A DNA stretch of 64,000 nucleotides. Source: Gammaproteobacteria bacterium (GTDB lineage Bacteria > Pseudomonadota > Gammaproteobacteria > GCA-002705445 > GCA-002716945). A program made the position numbers and the translations under genes. Numbering within the stretch: position 1 is the stretch's first letter; the number at the start of each line of letters is the position of its first letter. Below, one piece after another: positions 10,724-22,036 of this stretch. Where the stretch lies: the NCBI GenBank assembly GCA_045561295.1, contig JBJKYD010000010.1, positions 64,001 through 128,000 on the forward strand, read 5' to 3'. A model generated the notes under the pieces. The model was given only the letters and a program-made list of their open reading frames with translations. It was not told the DNA's origin and did no database searches.

Positions 10724-11318
10724 TCTAAAAAATATTCCTATTTTCCCTCTAAAAAGCATAATACTTCCGGGTGGTCAATTCCCGTTGAGAATATTTGAAA
10801 GAAGATACTTAGACATGATAAAAAACTCCCTAAAAAATGATTCTGGATTTGTAATTGCATTAACAAAAAAAGATGCGGACTATATATCATCAGTTCATGA
10901 TTATGCATGTTATGTAGAAATAGTTGATTGGTCACAATTAGATGGAGGATTGCTTGGTATAACTGTTGAAGGGAAAAAAATAGTAATGTTAAGTAATTGC
11001 GAACTTAATGAGGGAAACCTATTAACGGGTCATGCAAAGGTAATTGAATCTAGTATTGACCATTTAATACCCGCTAAATATCAAATTTTATCTAAGTTCT
11101 ATAGAAAGATATATCCTGAAATTAAAGCTTATATATTCCATAATCAATCAAAATATAATGATGCTAATTGGGTGGGTTTCAGGTTGATAGAGTGTCTTCC
11201 TATACAAATATGTGATAAGGCAGATTTAATTGCAACTAATGAGCCACTTGATAGGCTAGAAAAAATATTACATATTGTTAAAAGAATTTATCCTAAGGAG
11301 CTTAATCTTCTAGATTAA
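10716..11318 (+). CDS. Lon N-terminal (substrate-binding) domain protein
   Basis: [23 protein letters not shown]; no AAA+ or protease domain. Confidence 0.85.
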   Translation: MSNLKNIPIFPLKSIILPGGQFPLRIFERRYLDMIKNSLKNDSGFVIALTKKDADYISSVHDYACYVEIVDWSQLDGGLLGITVEGKKIVMLSNCELNEGNLLTGHAKVIESSIDHLIPAKYQILSKFYRKIYPEIKAYIFHNQSKYNDANWVGFRLIECLPIQICDKADLIATNEPLDRLEKILHIVKRIYPKELNLLD

Positions 11319-12979
11319 GTTGTAGTAGCACCTGTATTAGCTTGACTTACAAGTCGAGCATACTTTGTAAGCGCACCATTAGTACGTTTAACATTTTTGT
11401 TTTTTAACTTTTTAAGCCTTAGTGAAATTTCTTTTTTAGATGTCAATAGATTGATTTCTTTTTTTATAGCACAAATCTCAATTTCGTCACCATTTTTTAT
11501 TAAAGCTAATGGTCCTCCTATAGCAGCTTCCGGGGCAATATGCCCGACCACAAAACCATGGCTACCACCAGAAAACCTTCCATCAGTGATTAATGCCACA
11601 TGATCACCAAGCCCTTGACCCATTATAGCTGATGTAGGTGATAGCATTTCTCTCATTCCAGGGCCTCCAACTGGTCCCTCATTTCTAATAACAATTACTG
11701 TACCTTTGGATATTTTTCCATTTAGAATTGTTTTTAAACACTGCTCTTCAGACTCGAATACTTTCGCCTTACCTTTGAAATATGTGCCCTCTTTACCTGA
11801 TATTTTTGCTACGGCACCATCAGGAGCAATATTTCCTCTCAAAACTATTAAATGTCCATCTTTTTTAACTGGAGAGGTCAAAGGCATAATTATCTTTTGG
11901 TTGGACGGATATGGTTTAATATTTTTTAGATTCTGAGCAAGAGTTTTTCCAGAAACAGTTAAACAGTCTCCATGCATCAGTTTTTTATTCACTAGAGTTT
12001 TCATTAGTGGAGCCACGCCTCCTATGCTAACTAATTCTGCCATAGAATATTTTCCACTTGGTTTTAGATCAGCAAGAACAGGTGTTTTTTTACCAATTCT
12101 TTCAAAGTCTTTTAGAGAGAGATTTAATTTAGCTTCTTTTGCAATAGCAAGAAGGTGTAATACAGCATTGGTAGAACCGCCAAGTGCCATAACAATCGTG
12201 ATTGCATTCTCTAATGATTTCTTTGTAACTATGTCTCTTGGTTTTAGATCTTTTTTAATACAGCTCATAAGAGCTATGGAAGCATTCTTAGTATCTGTAG
12301 ATTTTGATTTTGAAATTGCTGTTTGTGCAGAACTATTAGTTAATGAGAGGCCCATAGCTTCTATAGCACATGCCATAGTGTTTGCAGTATACATACCTCC
12401 GCAAGATCCTGGGCCTGGAATAGCTTTTTTTTCTATTTGCATTAGTTCTTTATCATCCATATCACCATTTGCATTTTTACCGACAGCTTCGAACACAGAA
12501 ACGATATCAATTTTTTTATTTCGATATATACCTGGAAGTATTGTGCCGCCATAGACGAATACTGATGGTCGATTTAATCTAAGCATGGCCATGACACAAG
12601 CCGGCATGTTTTTGTCGCAGCCTCCAAAACTAATGAAGCCATCAAGGCCTTCACCTGCCACAACAGCCTCGATAGAGTCTGATATGATTTCCCTAGAAAC
12701 AAGCGAATATCTCATCCCATCTGAACCCATTGAGATACCATCTGAAATTGTTATTGTATTAAAGTTTACAGCTTTTCCGCCATTAGAATCGATCGCTTTG
12801 GTTGCAACCTTAGCTAGATCATTTATATGCATGTTACATGGAGTAACCATGCTCCAAGTAGAGGCAATACCGACTTGCGGTTTTAAAAAATCTTTGTCAT
12901 TAAAACCGACCGCCCTAAGCATTGATCTACTCGGAGCTCTGTCTTTCCCATCAACAAGTTTTGAAGAGTATTTTCTCAT
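11315..12979 (-). CDS. ilvD: Dihydroxy-acid dehydratase
   Basis: [42 protein letters not shown]. Confidence 0.97.
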   Translation of the reverse strand: MRKYSSKLVDGKDRAPSRSMLRAVGFNDKDFLKPQVGIASTWSMVTPCNMHINDLAKVATKAIDSNGGKAVNFNTITISDGISMGSDGMRYSLVSREIISDSIEAVVAGEGLDGFISFGGCDKNMPACVMAMLRLNRPSVFVYGGTILPGIYRNKKIDIVSVFEAVGKNANGDMDDKELMQIEKKAIPGPGSCGGMYTANTMACAIEAMGLSLTNSSAQTAISKSKSTDTKNASIALMSCIKKDLKPRDIVTKKSLENAITIVMALGGSTNAVLHLLAIAKEAKLNLSLKDFERIGKKTPVLADLKPSGKYSMAELVSIGGVAPLMKTLVNKKLMHGDCLTVSGKTLAQNLKNIKPYPSNQKIIMPLTSPVKKDGHLIVLRGNIAPDGAVAKISGKEGTYFKGKAKVFESEEQCLKTILNGKISKGTVIVIRNEGPVGGPGMREMLSPTSAIMGQGLGDHVALITDGRFSGGSHGFVVGHIAPEAAIGGPLALIKNGDEIEICAIKKEINLLTSKKEISLRLKKLKNKNVKRTNGALTKYARLVSQANTGATTT

Positions 12980-12982
12980 ATT

Positions 12983-14035
12983 TTATTGTACCAGTTTACC
13001 GAATATTTGATATCTCCAACCCTTCATAAATCTAGCCTCACTATTAGTGTTAGTGAAAATTTCTAAATCCCTTTTAGTCGCTATTATAGTAGAATCAATG
13101 TTAAATTCATCTGATACATAACCTAATAATTCATTACATTTCTTCTCGATATCTTTTTTTGGAGATAAGTTTTTATTTTTTATTACTTTTTTCAAGGATA
13201 AAATTTTCATGAGCTTACTCATTTCACTATCTGTAAGTTGTTGCTTAATATTATTTACGACATCCATCGTTTTTTTATCATTTTTTAACATAAGCTTAGT
13301 TGCTGAGGAATCACTAAAAATCCATCTTTTTGGGACATCATACTTTATCGCTAGCTCCTCTCTCCAGCATGCAATATTTTTTAACAATGCAAGCTCTTGA
13401 GTAGAGAAGTGAAGCGGGTAATTTATTTTTTTCCATGCTTCATTGGGCTCAATAATAATATTAGATTTTTTAAGTTCATTTAATTGCTCCTCTTTAAACC
13501 ATGAAAATCTGTCTAATGATTTCAATCTTTTTATAAGCAAACTTTTCATTTCAATTAAGTATCTTACATCATCAGCTGCGTACTCTACTTTTTTAGTACT
13601 CAATGGTCTTTCTAGCCAATTAGTTCTCCAAGAACCTTCTTTAATATCACATTCACATAACTTTTTAACTAGTGTTGAATAACCAACATTAGAATTTTCA
13701 GATATAAAATTTGAGGCTATCTGTGTGTCAAAAATATTAACTGGATAAGTGTTGGTATAACTATATAAGGCCTCTATATCTTGTTTTGAGGAATGAATTA
13801 TTTTAATTAGGCTAGGGTTACTAATAATATTACTGATCAAATCTCTTCGATTGATGACAATTGGATCTATTAAATAAATCTCTCCATTCGGTAATGATAC
13901 TTGTATCAAAGCCAATATTGGGCGATAAGTAGATTCTCTTATGAATTCGGTATCGAGACCAATTTCATTAACATCCTTCAATTTAGATGCAAGATTTAGT
14001 AGTTTTTTATCTGAATCGACTAGAAAGTTTGTCAT
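12983..14035 (-). CDS. rnd: Ribonuclease D
   Basis: GLDTEF, HS.KQD, FDTQIA, W..RPL, YAADDV (DEDD exonuclease) plus HRDC region. Start moved to ATG 14035 to avoid overlap with ampD. Confidence 0.88.
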   Translation of the reverse strand: MTNFLVDSDKKLLNLASKLKDVNEIGLDTEFIRESTYRPILALIQVSLPNGEIYLIDPIVINRRDLISNIISNPSLIKIIHSSKQDIEALYSYTNTYPVNIFDTQIASNFISENSNVGYSTLVKKLCECDIKEGSWRTNWLERPLSTKKVEYAADDVRYLIEMKSLLIKRLKSLDRFSWFKEEQLNELKKSNIIIEPNEAWKKINYPLHFSTQELALLKNIACWREELAIKYDVPKRWIFSDSSATKLMLKNDKKTMDVVNNIKQQLTDSEMSKLMKILSLKKVIKNKNLSPKKDIEKKCNELLGYVSDEFNIDSTIIATKRDLEIFTNTNSEARFMKGWRYQIFGKLVQ

Positions 14036-14084
14036 AATATTTAAGAGAACTTGATAATAACATATGTTCTGCAATGATACTCTA

Positions 14085-14612
14085 ATGATGAATAAATATA
14101 TTCTAAAAAAATCAACTTATATAGAATCAGAAAATTGTGATGATCGATCACCTGGTATTATTGTAGATACCATCATAATTCATTGCATAAGCCTTCCAGA
14201 AAAAGAATATGATAATGACTATGTAATTTCATTTTTTACAAATAAACTTAATTTTGATGCTCATGAAAGCTTCAAAGATTTAGAAGATCTGAAAGTATCA
14301 TCCCACTTATTTATCAGACGATCAGGTGAAGTAATTCAATTTGTTCCATTTAATAAAAAGGCATGGCATGCGGGTAAATCAAGATATAAAGAAAGAGAAA
14401 ACTTTAACGAGTTCTCAATAGGTATTGAGCTAGAGGGTTCTGTTGATGATATTTATACAGATAATCAATATGATAGACTGAAGATTGTGATTCAAGAATT
14501 AAAAGAATTATATCCATCAATACAAGATAGTAATATACTCAGACATAGTGATATTGCACCCGATCGAAAAAATGATCCTGGTGAGCATTTTTCTTTGGAT
14601 AGGATTAAATAA
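14085..14612 (+). CDS. ampD: 1,6-anhydro-N-acetylmuramyl-L-alanine amidase
   Basis: IIHCISLP, VSSH, AWHAG.S, SIGIELEG, HSDIAP.RK.DPG. Start uncertain (14064/14085/14088). Confidence 0.92.
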   Translation: MMNKYILKKSTYIESENCDDRSPGIIVDTIIIHCISLPEKEYDNDYVISFFTNKLNFDAHESFKDLEDLKVSSHLFIRRSGEVIQFVPFNKKAWHAGKSRYKERENFNEFSIGIELEGSVDDIYTDNQYDRLKIVIQELKELYPSIQDSNILRHSDIAPDRKNDPGEHFSLDRIK

Positions 14613-14613
14613 T

Positions 14614-15468
14614 ATGTCTACTATGTTAATAATAATAATCGTACTTATATTTGAATATTTCTATGATGATATTAAGAAATTCAGACAAAATGAAATAATT
14701 TTAAAATCTTATCATTCATTTCAAAAATCATTAGGTAAAAGTGATTATGTGATTAATAGAATACACCTTATATTTGTGATATCTGTCTTACTCATTGGCA
14801 TGATAATACTGACAATTTCGTCATATATTTCCTCATTACTTTATTTTGTAATATCTTTGATTATGCTTTCATATACTTTGAGAACAAATCAATATAACAA
14901 AGATATTGAAGAGCTTAAAATTAAACTAGAATTTAAAAAAGATAATATTGATAAGAATTTTTTATTTAATATATGTCCTAACCTAAAACAGACACGTGTA
15001 AAAACCAATTTAAATAGTCTTGTTATAAAAAACCTCTTTTTTAACTCAATTAGAAATACATTTAGTATATTATTTTTATTTATACTATTGGGAGCGCCTG
15101 CTGCAATAGCATATAAGGTTTTAGACTGCATGATATATTCAGATGAATTTAAAACAACAGCTAAGGTTAAACAAGAATTAAAGAAATATCTTTATTACTT
15201 AGACTACGTTCCTATAAGATTAACTTCTTATACTTTTTCAGTAGTAAGTAATTATGATCAAGTTATAAATAAAATAAATAACCTTAAACTATCTAATAAC
15301 CAATATCTGAGTAATATAGAGTTTATAAATCAAACTGGTGAAAGTGTTTACGATGAAACGGCAAAAGAGTCAGATCAAATAGTTCAGGTACAAAATATAT
15401 TATCAAGGACATTAATTGCTTGGCTTGGTATTATTGTCTTGTTAGCTGTTACTGGAATCTTTATCTGA
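14614..15468 (+). CDS. AmpE/CobD-like membrane protein
   Basis: Follows ampD; multi-TM with [18 protein letters not shown] and LDYVPIRLT segments typical of AmpE/CbiB. Divergent. Confidence 0.6.
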   Translation: MSTMLIIIIVLIFEYFYDDIKKFRQNEIILKSYHSFQKSLGKSDYVINRIHLIFVISVLLIGMIILTISSYISSLLYFVISLIMLSYTLRTNQYNKDIEELKIKLEFKKDNIDKNFLFNICPNLKQTRVKTNLNSLVIKNLFFNSIRNTFSILFLFILLGAPAAIAYKVLDCMIYSDEFKTTAKVKQELKKYLYYLDYVPIRLTSYTFSVVSNYDQVINKINNLKLSNNQYLSNIEFINQTGESVYDETAKESDQIVQVQNILSRTLIAWLGIIVLLAVTGIFI

Positions 15469-16104
15469 GAAAGAATAGTATTTAATACCTATTTCAATCT
15501 TAGGTTTGTTGTTTTTGTCTCGCCATATGTTTGTATCCCTAAGTGAATATATACAACCGCAGTACTCTTGCATGTAGAATCTCTCATTTTTTGATACCTT
15601 AATCATATCTTCAGATCCTCTGTTTTTTCTCCAGTTGAATGTCCAATAATCAATATCTGTAAAGTATGAGACAGCTTTTAATCCAGATTCATTTATCTGA
15701 TTCATGTCTTTCCATCTTGAAATACCAAGGGTACTAGATATCAATGAAAAATTATTATTTGATGCATATTGTGCAGTTTTATAAAATCTCATATCAAAAC
15801 AAGATGAACATCTTTTTCCTCTTTCGGGTTCCCATTCTTGTCCTTTTACTAGATCAAACCAGTTGCGTGTATCATAATCATCATCAATAAAAGGAATATT
15901 ATGTTTTCTTGCAAATTTTAAATTTTCTTCTTTTCTTATAAGATACTCTTTCCTTGGATGAATATTAGGATTATAAAAATAGATTGTATAGTCTATACCA
16001 GCTTCTTTGAGTCTTAACATTATATCTCCCGAACATGGTGCACAGCAGCTATGTAATAAGAGATTTTTATGGCCATTAGGCAATTCAAGTTTATTCATCA
16101 TCAA
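15442..16104 (-). CDS. queH: Epoxyqueuosine reductase QueH (DUF208)
   Basis: [29 protein letters not shown]. Confidence 0.9.
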   Translation of the reverse strand: MMMNKLELPNGHKNLLLHSCCAPCSGDIMLRLKEAGIDYTIYFYNPNIHPRKEYLIRKEENLKFARKHNIPFIDDDYDTRNWFDLVKGQEWEPERGKRCSSCFDMRFYKTAQYASNNNFSLISSTLGISRWKDMNQINESGLKAVSYFTDIDYWTFNWRKNRGSEDMIKVSKNERFYMQEYCGCIYSLRDTNIWRDKNNKPKIEIGIKYYSFSDKDSSNS

Positions 16105-16897
16105 GATTAAAAAATTTACATGTATTATTATACAATTCTTTAGATAAAAGGGATTTATCTTTTTTTAAAATATTTGATATAGCATCTATTACATATATCA
16201 AGTTACTTGGTTCATTATATTTTTTATTTTCAATCTCGTCATAGTAAGGCATTAAGTATGGTGAATCTGTTTCAATCATGAGTTTATCTGATGGAATGTA
16301 TTTAAGAATGTCATGTAAATGTAAACCTCTTTTAGGATCTGTTATCCATCCTGTAATTCCAATGTAACAATCAAGATCAAGATATTTTTTTAGTGATGCT
16401 TTATTTCCAGTAAAACAATGCACAACTACATCCTCTATTTTATGTATATATTCTCTAAGTAATCTAAGAAAATCTTTATGCGCTTCTCGTTCATGTAAAA
16501 ACATGGGCATGTTTATCTCGCAAGCAAGATCTAAGTGTCTTTTAAAACAAAACATCTGATCTATTTTATTTGAGTAGTTTCTTTTATAGTCTAGTCCACA
16601 TTCACCAATTGCTTTAACATAACTTTGATTGCATAGTTTTAGCATTTCGTTGTAATAATTATCATTATAATCTTTTGCATTATGAGGGTGAAATCCTACA
16701 GTTGTGCATAACAATTCAGGTTCTTTTTCTATTAACTCTCTAGCAGCATATGTGTCGTTTATATGTGATGAGGTAATAATTATTTTTTTAAGATTATTGG
16801 CTTTACTTTTTTGAATTATAGAGTCGAAATTTTTGTAGAGTTTTGAATCTAATAGGTTTGCGCCTATATCAATTAGTGGAGAAAGTGTATCAGCCAA
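16091..16897 (-). CDS. tatD: TatD family nuclease
   Basis: [36 protein letters not shown]. Confidence 0.92.
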   Translation of the reverse strand: MADTLSPLIDIGANLLDSKLYKNFDSIIQKSKANNLKKIIITSSHINDTYAARELIEKEPELLCTTVGFHPHNAKDYNDNYYNEMLKLCNQSYVKAIGECGLDYKRNYSNKIDQMFCFKRHLDLACEINMPMFLHEREAHKDFLRLLREYIHKIEDVVVHCFTGNKASLKKYLDLDCYIGITGWITDPKRGLHLHDILKYIPSDKLMIETDSPYLMPYYDEIENKKYNEPSNLIYVIDAISNILKKDKSLLSKELYNNTCKFFNLDDE

Positions 16898-17780
16898 GGT
16901 TTTTTAAGACAGACGCAACAGTTTCACCAATTACAGATGGATTCTTTGCTATTGTTATGCCGGCTTCTTTAAGAATTTCAACTTTCTCAGCAGCTGATTC
17001 TCCACCTGCACTTACTATGGCTCCAGCATGACCCATTCTTTTGCCTTTAGGTGCTGTTAGACCAGCTATATAAGCAATTATTGGTTTTGAGCAGTTAGAT
17101 TGAGCATACTCAGCCGCCTCAGCTTCTTGAGGTCCGCCTATTTCTCCAATCATCAGGATAACTTTAGTCTCATCGTCCTTCTCAAATTTAGCAAGATGAT
17201 CTTTAAATGCGCTTCCATTAATAGGATCGCCACCTATTCCAACGCTTGTAGAAATTCCAATATCTAAATCTTTCATTTGTTGTGCAGCTTCGTATCCTAA
17301 TGTCCCTGAACGACCTATCACGCCAACATTACCCTCTTTATATATATGTCCCGGCATAATTCCTAACATACACTTACCTGGACTTATCACACCAGCACAG
17401 TTTGGGCCAACCATAGTCATTCTATCTTCAGCTTTATACCTTCTCATGTATCTTTTAACTTTAATCATGTCGTGTGCAGGAATACCATCAGTAATTGCCA
17501 CTAATGTTTTAATACCGGCATCGGCTGCTTCCATAGCTGAATCCGCAGCAAAGGCAGGTGGTACAAAAAGAATACTTGCATCAGCACCAGTCTCCTCTAC
17601 AGCTTCTTTAACAGTGTTAAATACAGGCCTATCTAAATGTTTTTGGCCACCTTTTCCAGGAGTTACCCCGCCAACTACATTTGTGCCATATTCCATCATT
17701 TCTTCTGCATGAAATGAACCAATTTTTCCAGTAAAGCCTTGAACAATTATTTTAGATTCTTTGGTTATTAAGATTGCCAT
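16890..17780 (-). CDS. mtkB: Malate--CoA ligase (malate thiokinase) alpha subunit, SucD family
   Basis: SucD fold (GPNC.G, RMGHAGA); in an operon with mtkA and mcl. Confidence 0.8.
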   Translation of the reverse strand: MAILITKESKIIVQGFTGKIGSFHAEEMMEYGTNVVGGVTPGKGGQKHLDRPVFNTVKEAVEETGADASILFVPPAFAADSAMEAADAGIKTLVAITDGIPAHDMIKVKRYMRRYKAEDRMTMVGPNCAGVISPGKCMLGIMPGHIYKEGNVGVIGRSGTLGYEAAQQMKDLDIGISTSVGIGGDPINGSAFKDHLAKFEKDDETKVILMIGEIGGPQEAEAAEYAQSNCSKPIIAYIAGLTAPKGKRMGHAGAIVSAGGESAAEKVEILKEAGITIAKNPSVIGETVASVLKNLG

Positions 17781-17787
17781 GTAATTT

Positions 17788-18957
17788 TTATCCTAACTCT
17801 TTTAAAGCTTTTACTGCTTTATTAGCAGCATCTTCTAAAGTAAATGCTTCTATATAATCTATTTTACTATCCTTTAAAATTTTAATACCCTCATCTACAT
17901 TTGTACCTGCAAGTCTTATTACAAGAGGTTGTTCAATTTTTATTTGAGCAAGGGCATCAACTATCCCTTGAGCCACCCAGTCGCATCTATTTATACCTGC
18001 AAAAATATTAATCAATATAACTTTTACATTAGGGTCACCCGAAATTAATTTAAATGCTTTTACAAATTTTTCTGGCGTTGCGCCTCCGCCAACATCTAAA
18101 AAGTTTGCAGGTTGACCACCGGCAAGTTGTATCATATCCATTGATGCCATTGCTAATCCAGCACCATTAATAATATTGCCTATATCTCCATCTAATGGGA
18201 TATAATTCAAACCGCGATCTGCGGCATATGTTTCTTTAGGATCCTCTTGTGACTTATCTCTTAGCTCTGATAATTGCGGGTTTCTAAAAAGCGCATTATC
18301 ATCAAATGACATTTTGCAATCAAGCGCAAGGACATGATCATCACCTGTTAAAACTAATGGATTAATTTCTACCATTGTTGCATCTGAAGTGCTGAATGCT
18401 TTATAAGCTCCTAATATAGCTTGAGCACATCGATTTATAGCTTTAGCTTCTAACCCTAAAGCAAAGGCAATTTCTCTTGCTTGAAAGGACTGCATACCTA
18501 CTGCTGCTTCAATTCTAGTTTTAATGAGCGATTCTGGTTTCTCTTCTGCAATTTCCTCTACACTCATGCCTCCCTCAGATGAAGCCACAACCATAATACT
18601 TTCTGTGCTTCTATCAAATACGAGACCAAGATAAAATTCTTTTTTGATATCTGTTCCTTCTTCAACATAGACTCTTTGAACTGTCTTGCCTTCTGGACCT
18701 GTTTGATGAGTAACGAGAGTTTTACCAAGTAATTTGTTCGCAGCTTCTGATACTTCTTGTTCATTTTTGCAAACAATAATACCGCCTGCTTTACCTCGTG
18801 CCCCTGAATGTATTTGTGCTTTGACTACCCATAAATCACCACCTAGTTCAGTGGCTCTATCTTTTGCATTTTCTGGACTGTATGCTATGCCGCCTTTTGG
18901 AATTGATACTCCAAACTTAGCTAAAATCTCTTTTGCTTGATACTCGTGGATATTCAT
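17788..18957 (-). CDS. mtkA: Malate--CoA ligase beta subunit, SucC family
   Basis: [14 protein letters not shown] and [13 protein letters not shown] (MtkA-type rather than SucC NIFGGIVRCD); adjacent to mcl. Confidence 0.82.
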   Translation of the reverse strand: MNIHEYQAKEILAKFGVSIPKGGIAYSPENAKDRATELGGDLWVVKAQIHSGARGKAGGIIVCKNEQEVSEAANKLLGKTLVTHQTGPEGKTVQRVYVEEGTDIKKEFYLGLVFDRSTESIMVVASSEGGMSVEEIAEEKPESLIKTRIEAAVGMQSFQAREIAFALGLEAKAINRCAQAILGAYKAFSTSDATMVEINPLVLTGDDHVLALDCKMSFDDNALFRNPQLSELRDKSQEDPKETYAADRGLNYIPLDGDIGNIINGAGLAMASMDMIQLAGGQPANFLDVGGGATPEKFVKAFKLISGDPNVKVILINIFAGINRCDWVAQGIVDALAQIKIEQPLVIRLAGTNVDEGIKILKDSKIDYIEAFTLEDAANKAVKALKELG

Positions 18958-19898
18958 TATTTTTTAGATTGTATTAAATTATCAATGTTAACAATATTTT
19001 CAGCCATACGTTCCGATGCTGCATCAATCATTCTTCCATCAAGCTGTGCTGCTCCTCGTCCCTCAGCAGCTGCTTTAGCAAGTTCTTCAATAATTCTTTT
19101 AGCTTTATCAACCTCAGCTGCAGGTGGTGAATAGACATCATTAGCATGTTCAATTTGTGATGGATGGATTGCCCATTTGCCTTCCATTCCAATAGCAGCT
19201 CCACGTTTAGCAGCTTTAATATAACCATCTGGATCATTAAAGTCTCCAAAAGGTCCATCTATTGGTCTCAGACCATAAGCTCTGCATGTTGCTACTAACT
19301 TAGATAAGCCATGATGCCATTGATCACCAGGGTAGTCAGGATTTAGTCCTCCTATTACTACCGTTCTAGCTCTTAGGCTTGCAGCAAAATCAGCTACTCC
19401 AAAGTGAAGTGCTTCTAATCGATCAGATGATCTTGCAATCTCATCTATATTTACCATTCCTAATGCGCTTTCAATAAGACACTCAAGTCCAACTCTATTT
19501 TTTAATTCTCTTTCTTGTTCAATCTGAGTCACCATGCAATCAACCATGTAAACATCATCTCTAACTCCAACTTTTGGAATTAGCAGTGTGTCAATATGTT
19601 CACCGGCCTGCATCATTAATTCAACAACATCTCTATACATATAATGAGTATCTAAACCATTAATACGTACTGAAATAGTTTTACCATGTCCTTTCCAGTC
19701 AAGCTCTTTTAGAGCCTTGATTACATTTTCACGTGCTGATACTTTATCATTCGGTGATACAGCATCTTCAAGATCTAAAAATATGTAATCCGCACTTGAA
19801 TTGAGTGCTTTTTCGAACATTTTTGGAGATGAACCGGGTACGGCTAATTCACTTCTTTGTAATCTGGTTGTTGCGCTTTTGTATGATGTATGACTCAT
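18957..19898 (-). CDS. mcl: L-malyl-CoA/beta-methylmalyl-CoA lyase (CitE family)
   Basis: [59 protein letters not shown]. Confidence 0.88.
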   Translation of the reverse strand: MSHTSYKSATTRLQRSELAVPGSSPKMFEKALNSSADYIFLDLEDAVSPNDKVSARENVIKALKELDWKGHGKTISVRINGLDTHYMYRDVVELMMQAGEHIDTLLIPKVGVRDDVYMVDCMVTQIEQERELKNRVGLECLIESALGMVNIDEIARSSDRLEALHFGVADFAASLRARTVVIGGLNPDYPGDQWHHGLSKLVATCRAYGLRPIDGPFGDFNDPDGYIKAAKRGAAIGMEGKWAIHPSQIEHANDVYSPPAAEVDKAKRIIEELAKAAAEGRGAAQLDGRMIDAASERMAENIVNIDNLIQSKK

Positions 19899-20011
19899 AA
19901 ATCTATTTCAAATTTTGACTTGATATACCCCTGTATATTCGCTATAACTCGATAAGTTTTGAGAAGTATATATGATAATTTTAAAATATGCAAAATCAGT
20001 AGGGTTAATAA

Positions 20012-20923
20012 ATGACTAAATATGCACTAGAAATTAAGCATCTTAATAAAACATATAGAAATGGCGTAATTGCTTTAAAAGATATAAATCTTAATGTCGA
20101 AGATGGTGATATATTTGCGTTTCTCGGTCCTAATGGTGCGGGTAAATCTACTGTTATAGGTATTATAACTACCCTTGTGAACATCACATCTGGTGAAGTA
20201 AAAGTTTATGGTAAAGACATAATGCAACATCCAGAGATTACTAAACAAATGATTGGTGTTGTACCTCAGGAATATAACCTTAATCAATTCATTCCAATTA
20301 TAGAAACCATGGTTAATATAGGTGGCTACTTTGGGCTCTCAAAAAAACAAGCTTTAAGTAAAACACAGGAATTATTTGAAGATTTGGGAATATGGCATAA
20401 ACGAGAATCTACTCCCAGAGAATTATCTGGTGGAATGAAAAGAAGATTAATGATAGCTAGAGCTCTTATACATAATCCAAAGCTATTAATACTGGATGAA
20501 CCTACAGCTGGAGTAGATACAGAATTAAGATTAACTATGTGGGATTTTTTTAAAAAAATAAATAATGATGGCGTTACAATTATTCTTACCACGCATTATT
20601 TAGAAGAAGCAGAAAGGCTATGCAAGAATCTTTCAATTATTCATCATGGTGAAGTAGTTCAAAATTCTCCAATGGTAGATATTATGTCTTCCTCAAGAAA
20701 ACATACCTACATTGTAAGAACAGATTCTAAAATTACTGATAAAAATATATTTGAAGAAAATATAAATATTATTGATGATAAATCATGTGAATTGACTGTT
20801 GATAATAAGACCTCAATTACAGAAATCATCACAAAATTTAATCAATCTAATATAAATGTAATTGATATTCTAAGTAAACGAAACAAACTTGAAGAACTAT
20901 TTATAGAATTAACACAAAAATAA
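20012..20923 (+). CDS. yadG: ABC transporter ATP-binding protein (YadG-like)
   Basis: GPNGAGKST, LSGGMKRR, LDEPTAGVD, TTHYLEEAE. Confidence 0.85.
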   Translation: MTKYALEIKHLNKTYRNGVIALKDINLNVEDGDIFAFLGPNGAGKSTVIGIITTLVNITSGEVKVYGKDIMQHPEITKQMIGVVPQEYNLNQFIPIIETMVNIGGYFGLSKKQALSKTQELFEDLGIWHKRESTPRELSGGMKRRLMIARALIHNPKLLILDEPTAGVDTELRLTMWDFFKKINNDGVTIILTTHYLEEAERLCKNLSIIHHGEVVQNSPMVDIMSSSRKHTYIVRTDSKITDKNIFEENINIIDDKSCELTVDNKTSITEIITKFNQSNINVIDILSKRNKLEELFIELTQK

Positions 20924-21693
20924 TGAAAGATTTATATTTAATACAAATAACAACTATATTTAAAAAAGAGTTTGCTCGCTGGTCAAGAATTTGGATTCAA
21001 ACTATTCTGCCTTCAGTAATAACTATGTTTTTATACATCACTATTTTTGGAAATTTCATAGGTGAACGTATAGGCGAAATCAATGGTTTAGCCTATATAC
21101 ACTTCATAATACCAGGCCTGATAATTATGCCGATTATTTCAAATTCCTATATGAACGTAGTTGGATCTTTCTATAGTGGAAGGTTTCAAAAAAGCATAGA
21201 GGAATTATTTGTATCACCTCTCTCAAGTCATGTAATTTTAATTGGATATGTGATGGGTGGTGTCTCAAGAGCCTTTGTTGTAGGATTTGTTGTATACATA
21301 GTATCTCTTAGTTTTACAAGCATACCTGTTCATAATGTTTTTTTAGCTATATTTCTTACTCTATTAGTAAGTTTTTTATTTTCTATTCTGGGCTTTATCA
21401 ATGCTGTCTATGCAAAAAGTTTTGATGATATTAATATAATCCCTACATTTGTTCTGACACCACTTACCTATCTAGGCGGAACCTTCTATTCAATTTACAA
21501 CCTACCAGAAGCTTGGCAAACAGTTTCTATGTTCAATCCAATTGCATACATGGTAAGCGCATACAGATATGCATTCATTGGTGTAGAAGACTTAAACACA
21601 TACGGTGCAATATTATTGATGTTCATTTTAATATTTATGCTGTATTCTTTAGCTATATATTTACTCAATAAAGGTATTGGTGTAAAAAATTAA
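20923..21693 (+). CDS. yadH: ABC-2 type permease (YadH-like)
   Basis: RIWIQTILP, PTFVLTPLTYLGG.FYS, NPI.YMV; coupled to yadG. Confidence 0.85.
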   Translation: MKDLYLIQITTIFKKEFARWSRIWIQTILPSVITMFLYITIFGNFIGERIGEINGLAYIHFIIPGLIIMPIISNSYMNVVGSFYSGRFQKSIEELFVSPLSSHVILIGYVMGGVSRAFVVGFVVYIVSLSFTSIPVHNVFLAIFLTLLVSFLFSILGFINAVYAKSFDDINIIPTFVLTPLTYLGGTFYSIYNLPEAWQTVSMFNPIAYMVSAYRYAFIGVEDLNTYGAILLMFILIFMLYSLAIYLLNKGIGVKN

Positions 21694-21694
21694 C

Positions 21695-21805
21695 TCTCAC
21701 GAGGTTGGGAAAGTCAGTGAATACATAATCTGACACTGCCCCCGCAACGGTGAACAACAGTCCGAATGCCAACGAGGTGAGACCAACATTAGCGGTGGTG
21801 CTATG
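21695..21805 (+). ncRNA. Cobalamin riboswitch, compact class II type with kissing-loop expression platform
   Basis: TCTCAC/GTGAGA basal helix, GTTGG/CCAAC, GGGAA, GTCAG..CTGAC helix, ACTGCCCCCGCAACGGT, TCCGAATGCC, and a TAGC-GGTGGT-GCTA hairpin; lies upstream of a TonB-dependent receptor. Confidence 0.9.
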
Positions 21806-22036
21806 AAAAAAATATTAATCATATAGAAATATCAGCTATTACTTAACAGGTTACTGTAATGCAGTAAATGTATCATTGTGTCTTGTTTAATCTTAAATAA
21901 CATACTTAAGAATATGATATTCAGTGAATATTAATAACCTTTTCACTGTATATATTCAACATAGGTCTCACTTATGTCCTTTTGAGAGAGTAGTAGTTTT
22001 CATCAAAATTTTAATCTAACTAACAGAGAAAATATT

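Noticed and set aside
11397-13010. Long antisense ORFs over ilvD (likewise over pstA, pstC, mgtE and the GarR-like gene)
   Set aside because: Shadow frames of conserved genes, with no motifs or RBS.
16890-18957. Calling the pair sucCD (succinyl-CoA synthetase)
   Set aside because: MtkA-type signatures, coupling to mcl and the absence of sucAB favour malate-CoA ligase, though dual activity is possible.
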